A stretch of DNA of 64,000 bases from Giardia intestinalis (lineage: Eukaryota): NCBI GenBank assembly GCA_000002435.2, contig CM018790.1; one strand, written 5' to 3'. The translations under genes were made by a program, and so were the position numbers. Shown in pieces: positions 37,701-44,924 of this stretch. A model generated the notes under the pieces. That model saw only the letters and a list, made by a program, of their open reading frames with translations. It did not search any database and was not told where the DNA came from. Each line of letters starts with the position of its first letter. Position 1 is the first letter of the stretch.

Positions 37701-40043
37701 GACAGACACGGAACTCAAAGGACTCTTGACCACGGGCTTTTGGGCCCGTAGAAACGCACCGGTCCCATTAACAATCGCCCCCATCATTCCTATTGTCCCA
37801 GCATCAATATTAGTATCGGCACCGGCGCCAGGAGTCAGTGTGTCGCCATAGTACTCGATTGACTTAATCAGAGTCTCATGGAATGCATGCTGCTGTGTCC
37901 GGAAGATACGCTCTCGCCAGGTAGTAAACGAGGAGGTGCGACAGGTTGGGCTGCTACTGCGAGGGAGGTCATACGGATCCACCTGGATGCGGCTTCCCAT
38001 CGCGCTCAGGCACTCGTTGAGCTTTTCTGCCACCACATCATATGGCTTCTGTTCGCGAGTGACAATAAACATGATTATGTTGGCGAGCTGTCTGTGCATC
38101 GACACCTTGTATTCCGAAAGGGTCATGGAGTTTTGAAGAGGCCTGTATATGTTGAGTCCGCATAATAGTTCGCGATACTTCTCTATATGCACATGGGATC
38201 GTACGTGATCGAAGTAGTTCATATAGTTGACGCCACAAACGGCACACTTGCCTCGTGACCTGTCCTCTTGAAGGCCCTCGTCGTTATCCTCTGGTTCGCT
38301 AATCTGGCGCCGATGGGATGCGCTATTCGTATAATCTGCAAGGAAGCGCAGAGGTATTCCGAACTTGTTCAGCGAGGCCACTGAGGAAGCCATTGAGCGC
38401 CGTTTCGAAGATGCCACAAGACCCTCAGAGCTACTTCGTGTCATCTTGTTAATTCTGTGCATGTTTTTGCAGAGATATGTAACAGCATTGATGAGTTGGA
38501 AGGTGGTAAAGGGACGGCCGTTCCGAGGAACAGCGATCACCTTGTCGGGGCAGCGTGCTGGTCGTATAACAATTACATCGTCTGAGTCTCTTGCACGCAG
38601 GCGGGCTATCTCAGACTCGACGCGGTTCTCTGTGGTATCGAAGATAGAGGTGGTGTAGGGTGTCTGTGCGAAGTATGGCAAGGACAATAGCTGATCAGCA
38701 TCTTGCTTGTTGGCTGAGTAGTAGTCATCTAAGAAATAGGATCCTAGCGGAGAGGCCACCAAAGGCGCTCGACTGTCCCACGAGGACCATGTCCTCTTTG
38801 TCCTGGAAAACTCTAATAGGCGGTATCCAAAAACAAGCCCTAGCTCGTCGTAATCCATGATAAGGTCCGGATAGACGCTGGCTATGTCCGGCGTAATAGG
38901 GAGCTTTGAAAAGTCCACATCCGGAAATCCAGATTGATCCTTTTCGACAACCTTTTTATCACAGCAAAAGTCGCGTGGCTTGACTGAGGCTGTACGGGTG
39001 GCTTTAACGTTGGCTAAACTGTCCTTGATTAGCTCCAGGGCGTAGCGCGCCTCATGTATAGCATTGTAATAGATTTTAGCCAGCATGGCAACCGATGCTT
39101 TTACCGTGTTTTCATAGAACGCATACCCTCTGGTCAGTTCTCCCGACAGTTTGATAACGCTTTCTCCTTTATGGATTGCTAGCTCAATGTTTGGCATAAT
39201 CTGAGGAACGGCGACTTGCGGGCGGATGAAAAGCCTGGGAAGCGGAATGTTCGGGATACAGTTGTCTAAATAAAGTCCTACGGGCCGACAATCGTTGACA
39301 TAGTACAGGACCGATGAGGGGTTGTCGCATAGCATAGGAAGCATCTGGATTGGAGTGTACGATTGGTTATTAAGAAAGGTCGGTGGCACGACGGCAGAGA
39401 CGCCGAGGGGGACGTCGCACTTGACAGAATCAGAGAACTGGGGGGCATACAGATGATACATGTCCTGAATGGCAAAGACCATAGAGAGAACCTGTGCACT
39501 ATCTCCACGCATGGCGCTTACGAAAGACATTCCATTGGTTGACGCTGTCTGCACGGTGTGCTGGATCATGGCGATATTGTTTCCAAAAGAGCCTGCAGCT
39601 GACGATGAGTTTGTCCAGCCATTGATAAGCGGTGCCTGAGAAACGTAAGATATGGGCAGACCCAGGCGATTTGCAACGATCTCATTGAACTTCAGCTGGG
39701 CTTTAACGCAGCTATCTATGAGGCTCTCAATAAAGAAATCGGGGACTATCATAAAGGCATAGCCTACAAGCTGCCTCTGCAGCGATTCAGAGATCGTTCC
39801 TTTGCCACTACGAACCACAAAAATCGACCGCGTCGGAAAACAACGCCGGACCGCAGCATCGTCCAGATCGGCTGATGTAATAACAGAAAGGTTAAGTTGA
39901 TGGCACTTTTTGGCCAATTTTGTGCGCTGGAGTGATTGCATATCGTCCGTGAACAAGATAGAATAGTCGACCGCCAGATCAGTTAAGCACCGCGGCGTAA
40001 AATCGCGCGGTGCAGGATTGCAATTGCTGGACGCAATGGTCAT
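34761..40043 (-). CDS. Large 1760-aa protein containing a Dbf4-type (zf-DBF) CCHH zinc finger; possibly a Dbf4/ASK-like Cdc7-regulatory protein with a long extension.
   Basis: ATG is confirmed at 40041-40043. GKCAVCGVNYMNYFDHVRSHVHIEKY (about 38170..38255) matches the Dbf4 motif-C (CxxCxxxYxxxxxHxxSxxH). There are no other recognised domains. Confidence 0.55.
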   Translation of the reverse strand: MTIASSNCNPAPRDFTPRCLTDLAVDYSILFTDDMQSLQRTKLAKKCHQLNLSVITSADLDDAAVRRCFPTRSIFVVRSGKGTISESLQRQLVGYAFMIVPDFFIESLIDSCVKAQLKFNEIVANRLGLPISYVSQAPLINGWTNSSSAAGSFGNNIAMIQHTVQTASTNGMSFVSAMRGDSAQVLSMVFAIQDMYHLYAPQFSDSVKCDVPLGVSAVVPPTFLNNQSYTPIQMLPMLCDNPSSVLYYVNDCRPVGLYLDNCIPNIPLPRLFIRPQVAVPQIMPNIELAIHKGESVIKLSGELTRGYAFYENTVKASVAMLAKIYYNAIHEARYALELIKDSLANVKATRTASVKPRDFCCDKKVVEKDQSGFPDVDFSKLPITPDIASVYPDLIMDYDELGLVFGYRLLEFSRTKRTWSSWDSRAPLVASPLGSYFLDDYYSANKQDADQLLSLPYFAQTPYTTSIFDTTENRVESEIARLRARDSDDVIVIRPARCPDKVIAVPRNGRPFTTFQLINAVTYLCKNMHRINKMTRSSSEGLVASSKRRSMASSVASLNKFGIPLRFLADYTNSASHRRQISEPEDNDEGLQEDRSRGKCAVCGVNYMNYFDHVRSHVHIEKYRELLCGLNIYRPLQNSMTLSEYKVSMHRQLANIIMFIVTREQKPYDVVAEKLNECLSAMGSRIQVDPYDLPRSSSPTCRTSSFTTWRERIFRTQQHAFHETLIKSIEYYGDTLTPGAGADTNIDAGTIGMMGAIVNGTGAFLRAQKPVVKSPLSSVSVKHVSSLEYTQKSFQSYCDLLMQATFSSIGFSNCIRATEILQDAAADFFPAHVLTDLQGKIDLVAPIKVPFRGIEDLIPDRVLYKPLYDIRHELMNNYMCSTPVSRDGSLLDISMQSTELQAPEAAGMGKLLCDTTLGDNFQSELIDEYIFQNTNKMHHYDSFSAYDTVMYTFYQDFVRESLNFRYGYFQVGDIYKNIMQQERRSGAFGISDDAESAEQDPLEAFEPLDDAFIEIYRYLAKSFYKLPPSAQNSLNIKIFSDMQESCKENETEQMDLNSLSSSTKVDTQSRNLEAMTESIIQTHEKSHAESVDSKDPSSKLSVHLGYEDKIQRGSLAMLSYKGSADTPIPGSDGVESSFAEPSGSLPSAYHNTQQSDLLLALLQHDSEASAVGLIDDSMCYKGTFDAVSHQPIEVRPYVPETMLREDVNTLDTYLSNKTASVAIKPYTLPGMQSIIDMSSDASNIERGDGDLYDHDSIIGGFIKKLSKTCIGQTNPPGSGSTSGQGSPNPSRDKRMEDIVLPVHKGVPLVLPSITRILNTHLPLNQNETFETICEPPDGTQGRVILPPEYEIRTKKTPNIEDYIGLFHICDQGGRESCAPSTALSDDYLMPATLLREIGGINGAPDPAFYPTVCTLMKTIDALFPLCSQLQENYDIPTANKASDSPGANLLDHGNSDELSMDDSMFLESLCPRIRRSNSIPGPIQLSPEAISISLLAADSPAGLDIDNPVMQKTLEELRKDLSPTSPVEGSAERPVDICGSAEGSGGHNTVTGLYAGPQLYEKIGKSRRIEESTTYVSTQLSGSDYGSSYEQVTFPDISTFSTLREAHSTPLRPEEDTSPSRHHNYLTSIVKEIDMNGNPFPQFCTLLRSIIYSVNSSLITSYMLGNNALLNACSAFEAVSNSVLGVSTQSAMIQPIHLAILQAGVISKLQSDKISLGYDCFVKRKYTSKILMEKHPRPSVYDCNGLADELSNILTYKLNQ
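38170..38255 (-). other. Dbf4-type zinc finger motif (CCHH).
   Basis: CAVCGVNYMNYFDHVRSHVH was read directly from the minus-strand translation. Confidence 0.55.
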
Positions 40044-40087
40044 TGGGCTGCTCTCCTGTTTCCTATTAAATTGTTTTAGTCCTTTCT
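40044..40087. promoter_or_regulatory. A 44-bp divergent intergenic region serving two genes (34761..40043 minus and RPC25 plus); AT-rich initiator-like.
   Basis: TTCCTATTAAATTGTTTTAGTCCTTTCT lies between two ATGs 44 bp apart. Confidence 0.45.
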
Positions 40088-40735
40088 ATGTTCATAAGCC
40101 TACAAGTAATTGACACAGTCCGGGTGCCCCCGTCGTCACAAACACGGTACTTAGAAAGCAAGCTTCTGGAAATTCTTACAGCCAGCTTCTGTGGACGCGT
40201 CTTGGCCAATTGTGGCATATGCCTACTCATCGAAAGAATCACTAATCTCAGCGAGCAGAGGATTGTGCATAATGATTGCAACACATACGTGACTGTTTGC
40301 TTTTCAATCATCGCGTTTCGGCCCTACATTGGGGAAATCTTTACAGCATTTCTTGTCAGTCAACACCCTATGCACGGACTTGCCCTCAGCACTGGGTTCT
40401 GTGACACGATCATTGTACCACCTTCCAACCTTCCAGAATATCTTATGTGGAATAATGAGCGTCAGGGCTTTACTAACTTACCCGACTTCGAATCAGAACT
40501 AGACTTTGAACTCGGGGGTGAAATTAAGATCAAAGTGGTGGACGTCATCTTCAGAACGAATGAGGATACTACCAGCATGGGGCTTGGGAATGCTCTAGAG
40601 GGGGAGGAGCTGTCCCAGGACCTTATCGGCTCGTGGGGAGCAATAGTTAATAGCAAGAGTAAGTTTATAGTAGTAGGGAGCTGTACGGGGCCTGGGCTGG
40701 GTGATGTTCGATGGTGGCGAGAAGATGCAAATTAA
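40088..40735 (+). CDS. RPC25: DNA-directed RNA polymerase III subunit RPC25/Rpc8 (POLR3H; Rpb7-like).
   Basis: MFISLQVIDTVRVPP resembles human POLR3H MFVLVEMVDTVRIPP. FRPYIGEI, FCDTIIVPPSNLPE and the C-terminal VVGSCTGPGLGDVRWW resemble VGSISEPGLGLLSWW. It is 215 aa. Confidence 0.8.
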   Translation: MFISLQVIDTVRVPPSSQTRYLESKLLEILTASFCGRVLANCGICLLIERITNLSEQRIVHNDCNTYVTVCFSIIAFRPYIGEIFTAFLVSQHPMHGLALSTGFCDTIIVPPSNLPEYLMWNNERQGFTNLPDFESELDFELGGEIKIKVVDVIFRTNEDTTSMGLGNALEGEELSQDLIGSWGAIVNSKSKFIVVGSCTGPGLGDVRWWREDAN

Positions 40736-40745
40736 TTGAATTTCT

Positions 40746-43094
40746 ATGCAGCCGGGTCAGGGGACTACCCCGCATAATAGACGGCCAACCAAACCCGAGA
40801 TGAAGCACGAAGGCTCCAAGAAGGTGCCATGGAAGAAACCGGCGGGCGGAGCTCCAAGGAAGCCAGGCAAACCAGGAAGTGGTCCTGGCAAGCCTTCAGC
40901 CAATTGGGCCGCCAAAAAAGGCTCTCATCCATATAAGCGTCGTGAAATACCTACTAAGAATAACATGACACATGATGAGGTCATAGCGATATGGGAGAAG
41001 ATGCGTGTCAAGAAGCTGCCGCCTCCCGAGAGACTGCGCTACATCAATTCTATTATAGGCTACTTTGTTGATAACGTCGTCACTTTCTCACGCAAGCCTG
41101 TTGAAGTGCGTATCCTCAGGTTTATAGTGAAGCACGGAACAGATGATTACCGAAGCATGATTCTCAAAGAGGTCAGCGGGCACGTACAGGAGCTTATTGT
41201 CGACAAGTACGCCACGAAGCTGATAGAGCGCCTCGGGGGAAGCTATAGATGGGACAAGGAGACGGCCCTTGCCATTGTTGAGAGCATCCTCCCAAACCTC
41301 CAAAAGCTTTGTCTCAACACAACAGGTGCAACTACCATAAGCTATATTTATCAAACCGTGCCTCTGAAGGTGCAGAACAAGATGCTTATAGCGCTGGTTG
41401 GACCTGCTGTGGACATAACGGATACAGCGCTTATTGCCCGCGAAGCGTTTATCCTCAAAGAGGCTCTCTACGTCCCCGGTCGCTTCAATGCAGTATTTTC
41501 TGAGTGCATGAAAATCCTTCACAAAGGGTTGGAGAAGAACCTTCTTGGCTGCACACTATTAACTAAGCTGGCTGCTGACACGCTCCGAATGATCTTTGGG
41601 TGCTTTGGGAGTACAACTGGTCCACATCTCGGACACGGTTCTGCAACTGATGAAGACTCTGGTGCCAAGGATGGAGCACTAGAGCCCGCACCTAAAAAGA
41701 CCAGTGTTTTGAGAAATGTCAACGAGAAGACCATTCAATTTGTTTCTGAATTGACGGATGCGCTAATAGAGGAAAATGCGTTTTTGTCTCTGCTCGATAC
41801 AGCTGACTCTGTTTTCGTGTCTTCCTTTGTTCTCCAATTCTGCACTCCTAAACGCAGGAAAGATGTAATAAAGGCTGTGCGCCCAAACGTTGTTCAGTTT
41901 GCGGGCGATCCTATGGCCTTCATTCTTCTTTGCAAATTGTTTGCGGTCACTGACGACACTGTTACCACCACATCCTCGCTCATCTCAGGAGAGGGCGGAA
42001 TTGGTGCCTCACTCAATACAATTCTTCGCACTAGAGCGGGGATCAGAACCGTACATTTTCTCCTATTTGGTTTGAAAGAGCTTGATGCTTCGGGTAGAGG
42101 CACTACTCCTATCTTCGCCAAGTGGATATCGGAGATTCTCCGTCAGACTGATCTGAAAGTTATTTTCCCCGAAGCCAGCGTAGATCAGTTTCCGGGCCTC
42201 TGTAAAAAAGATGGAGCAACAAAGCAGGCAGAATTACGCGCTGGGATAATGCCGTATTTACTGAATGCATTGACAAACGAGGATTTATTGGTGTCTCTCC
42301 TTGGGAGCTGTGAGGTAGGGAGCCAGATGCTTTGTGAGCTCATTGCCTATCTTTCTACCAGCACCGATGAGGTCACTAAAACAGAGAAGTCGCTGAAGAC
42401 TAAGGCAAGCAAGAAGAGCAACGCAGACTCACAACCCGTTCTAGACGATAAGCTGCAACCCATTCTTAGGACGATTGCGAACGCGGCCTGCAAACTGGTC
42501 GACCCTACCGTGCGGGGCATCCGACAGACAGACAAGGACCTACTACACCAGGGAAGCGCAAGCAATATCATGAAAATGATAGCCAAGCAGCAGAAGAAGG
42601 CTATTGAGCTAGCCAAAAAGGAGCAAGAACGGGCGGCTGGAGAGGAGGCGGCTCATACGACAGATGAAGACGATGACAGTGGCTCTGAGGCATCCAGTAA
42701 TAATGAGGAGCATCCAAAGGAGGGTGATGAGCCGCCAAAGAAGAACCGAGCCGAGAGAGACAAGCCCAAGAGAAATGCTCCGTACGTGCCATGCGCCCCA
42801 GAGGATAGACAGCCGCTGTTCAGGCATGACGTGGGTTACTTCAGCGTTCGGCGTATTTTGACGAATCATCCACCGTTTGGAGAACTTCTTTTGTCAGCAT
42901 TTGAGGCCCAAAGTGTACCGGGTCGCTTTTTCGCTGATAAGCGAGGGGCATTCATGCTCGAGCATATAGCCAAGATAAGCGACAAGAACAATACCCTGGT
43001 TAGAGAATTTGTCTCCCGGCACAATTTAACTAAGACCGTCGCCGCGAAGGGCTGCAAAGGGAGCGAGGCGCTTTGCACAGTTTTGGGCCTGTGA
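40746..43094 (+). CDS. Pumilio-family (Puf-A/Puf6/Nop9-like) helical-repeat RNA-binding protein with a basic N-terminus and an acidic patch; probably nucleolar.
   Basis: PUF-like repeat RFIVKHGTDDYRSMILKEVSGHVQELIVDKYATKLIERL. Lys/Pro/Gly-rich N-terminus. Acidic EDDDSGSEASSNNEE. It is 782 aa. Confidence 0.4.
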   Translation: MQPGQGTTPHNRRPTKPEMKHEGSKKVPWKKPAGGAPRKPGKPGSGPGKPSANWAAKKGSHPYKRREIPTKNNMTHDEVIAIWEKMRVKKLPPPERLRYINSIIGYFVDNVVTFSRKPVEVRILRFIVKHGTDDYRSMILKEVSGHVQELIVDKYATKLIERLGGSYRWDKETALAIVESILPNLQKLCLNTTGATTISYIYQTVPLKVQNKMLIALVGPAVDITDTALIAREAFILKEALYVPGRFNAVFSECMKILHKGLEKNLLGCTLLTKLAADTLRMIFGCFGSTTGPHLGHGSATDEDSGAKDGALEPAPKKTSVLRNVNEKTIQFVSELTDALIEENAFLSLLDTADSVFVSSFVLQFCTPKRRKDVIKAVRPNVVQFAGDPMAFILLCKLFAVTDDTVTTTSSLISGEGGIGASLNTILRTRAGIRTVHFLLFGLKELDASGRGTTPIFAKWISEILRQTDLKVIFPEASVDQFPGLCKKDGATKQAELRAGIMPYLLNALTNEDLLVSLLGSCEVGSQMLCELIAYLSTSTDEVTKTEKSLKTKASKKSNADSQPVLDDKLQPILRTIANAACKLVDPTVRGIRQTDKDLLHQGSASNIMKMIAKQQKKAIELAKKEQERAAGEEAAHTTDEDDDSGSEASSNNEEHPKEGDEPPKKNRAERDKPKRNAPYVPCAPEDRQPLFRHDVGYFSVRRILTNHPPFGELLLSAFEAQSVPGRFFADKRGAFMLEHIAKISDKNNTLVREFVSRHNLTKTVAAKGCKGSEALCTVLGL

Positions 43095-43101
43095 ATTTAC
43101 T
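43095..43101 (-). terminator. Putative poly(A) signal AGTAAAT for the cyclin gene, in the 11-bp gap between the convergent Puf and cyclin genes.
   Basis: The reverse complement of atttact lies 4 nt after the cyclin stop on the minus strand. Confidence 0.35.
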
Positions 43102-43105
43102 GAGA

Positions 43106-44131
43106 TTACTTTGCTTCCTTTGTATTAAGAGTTAGCGCCTGCGTTACCACAGTCTCAATCATCAAGGACACCCCGTAGAAGCGATCCTCTTGCGAGTATT
43201 TGCGCCTTATGTATCTGGCCTTCGGGTTACAAGCGTATTTCTTCATGATCGTAGAAATCTCCGCCATAACCTTTTTTGTATCGCTCTCAGTGTATCCAGA
43301 ATACTTTTCGAGGGTTTCGTCCCAAGTCGGCTTCCGAGTCAATCTACGGGACATCGCAATGCAGCCTGCCGCAATCTCGCTAGGCTTAAATTTGAAGATA
43401 CTTGTCGTCAGACACGAGAGTTCAGAGATATAAAATGCAATGTAACGGTCTCGATTCTTCATTTCCGAAATTCTGGCATACCTTCGTAGGAATGTGAGAA
43501 TTGTGGGCATAGCCAGCTGGAAATCCAGCGTATGCAGGATAGATTCTTCCGTATCTATTATAGCTTCGCGACTGCACCTGTAGCACGGTCCCGAACGGTT
43601 ACCCTCGCACTTACAATTGACGAGGAATTCCGGGTCGACCTGGGTCAGCGCCTCCACAAAATGCCTAAGTGAAGGAATATAGCTTTGCTCGTACTTTGCT
43701 GCAATGAAAAGACAGCAAATGCCAACAAGTCTGTTAGAGGCCTTGGGTACTACCACGCGAGAAAGATAACTGTCAAAAATCGCTATGCAATGAAAGAAGC
43801 TCTCGTTGGCCAAATTGAAGCGTGTGTGACACCTAGAGATCCAGTCAACAAGTAGCGTGCGGTCCTCTGCATCAAAGTCTATCTGGTTCGACAAAAAGTC
43901 CGAACCAAGCATGTACTTACCCTCAGACTGAAGTAGGTACTCATATATCTCTCTTACGTATTCTGCGCACGCCTGGATATCATCCTTATCAATCAAATCG
44001 ATGTCGAGAATGTCCGTTTCTTTATCGGGGTTGGCGTGCCTGAAGTTAATCAAGGCCTGTGGCATCTCCTCGACATTGTCTACCGGCTGCTCGAATGTGT
44101 GAACGCTCTGGGATTCGTCGTCTAATGGCAT
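43106..44131 (-). CDS. Mitotic (A/B-type) cyclin.
   Basis: The cyclin box RTLLVDWISRCHTRFNLANESFFHCIAIFDSYLS...LVGICCLFIAAKYEQSYIPSL resembles MRAILIDWLVQV...LQLVGVTAMFIASKYEE. It is 341 aa, and ATG is confirmed at 44129-44131. Confidence 0.85.
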   Translation of the reverse strand: MPLDDESQSVHTFEQPVDNVEEMPQALINFRHANPDKETDILDIDLIDKDDIQACAEYVREIYEYLLQSEGKYMLGSDFLSNQIDFDAEDRTLLVDWISRCHTRFNLANESFFHCIAIFDSYLSRVVVPKASNRLVGICCLFIAAKYEQSYIPSLRHFVEALTQVDPEFLVNCKCEGNRSGPCYRCSREAIIDTEESILHTLDFQLAMPTILTFLRRYARISEMKNRDRYIAFYISELSCLTTSIFKFKPSEIAAGCIAMSRRLTRKPTWDETLEKYSGYTESDTKKVMAEISTIMKKYACNPKARYIRRKYSQEDRFYGVSLMIETVVTQALTLNTKEAK

Positions 44132-44315
44132 TGTTATAGTTTCAAATTTTGAATTCTAAGGACCGAATCTGCTTTCCAAGAACTTTTCGAAGATCTAATC
44201 TTGCTTGCTAGAGTGTCAGAATCATATAGCAGGAGGTGAGGCTTAATAATTGCTGGGATAGGTTCGTAAATCGATACTCGGCAGAGAGAGAAATTCCCCC
44301 AACCAATAAAAAGTT
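44132..44315. promoter_or_regulatory. Divergent intergenic region between the cyclin (minus) and E2 (plus) genes, with an AT-rich initiator (CCAATAAAAAGTT) directly upstream of the E2 ATG.
   Basis: Read directly from the sequence. Confidence 0.4.
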
Positions 44316-44792
44316 ATGGAAAACCGTTTACGAAATGAGTATCGAAACGTCAACAAAATGAAGGATGCGCTAGCCAAGGAGGGAATAACCATATTTCCTA
44401 CGGCCAGTGACAACCTTTCTGCTTGGACCATTTCTATTCTAACGAAAGATAAGGACTCCCCCTATTCGGGTCAGACGCACACAATCTCTGTCAAGATACC
44501 CAGAGACTACCCCCTTTCTCCGCCCGAGTGCAACTTCACGACACCCATGTTCCACCCTAACGTGAAGTTTGCGAACGGTGAGATCTGTCTCAACATCCTC
44601 ACAAAGGACGACTGGTCTCCGGCAATTTCCCTTATCTCTCTTGCACAAAGCATTGCAGGCCTTTGCAGTGCCCCAAACACAGACAGCCCTCTCAATTGTG
44701 ACGCCTCCAATCTCGTTAAGAACGGTGACGTCCGGGCCGTCCGGTGCATCTGCCAGTATTACTACAAGGGGGAGTACACCAAGGTCAAGTAG
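44316..44792 (+). CDS. Ubiquitin-conjugating enzyme E2 (UBC fold, active-site Cys present).
   Basis: HPNVKFANGEICLNILTKDDWSPAISLISLAQSIAGLCSAPNTDSPLN matches the UBC signature (HPN...G.ICL.IL..WSPA). The Cys is at about 44585. It is 158 aa. Confidence 0.85.
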   Translation: MENRLRNEYRNVNKMKDALAKEGITIFPTASDNLSAWTISILTKDKDSPYSGQTHTISVKIPRDYPLSPPECNFTTPMFHPNVKFANGEICLNILTKDDWSPAISLISLAQSIAGLCSAPNTDSPLNCDASNLVKNGDVRAVRCICQYYYKGEYTKVK

Positions 44793-44800
44793 GCCCGGGC

Positions 44801-44807
44801 AGTAAAT
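44801..44807 (+). terminator. Putative poly(A) signal AGTAAAT 9 nt after the E2 stop.
   Basis: Motif read directly. Confidence 0.4.
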
Positions 44808-44924
44808 TTGTCGAGATACATGCCTCGGCCGCGCGTCCCCCTGGCGCCCCGCCTCGCAGAGCTCTATGCCGCAGGGACTTCTCGCGTAGGGAAGTGGTGG
44901 AAAACCATGGACCATGTTCACATA

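Noticed and set aside
44439-44921. 160-aa ORF antisense to the E2 gene, and 45458..45964 / 46017..46733 ORFs within the HCMP locus.
   Set aside because: The E2 and HCMP frames have strong family signatures. These overlapping frames are Arg/Ala-rich chance ORFs in GC-rich coding sequence.
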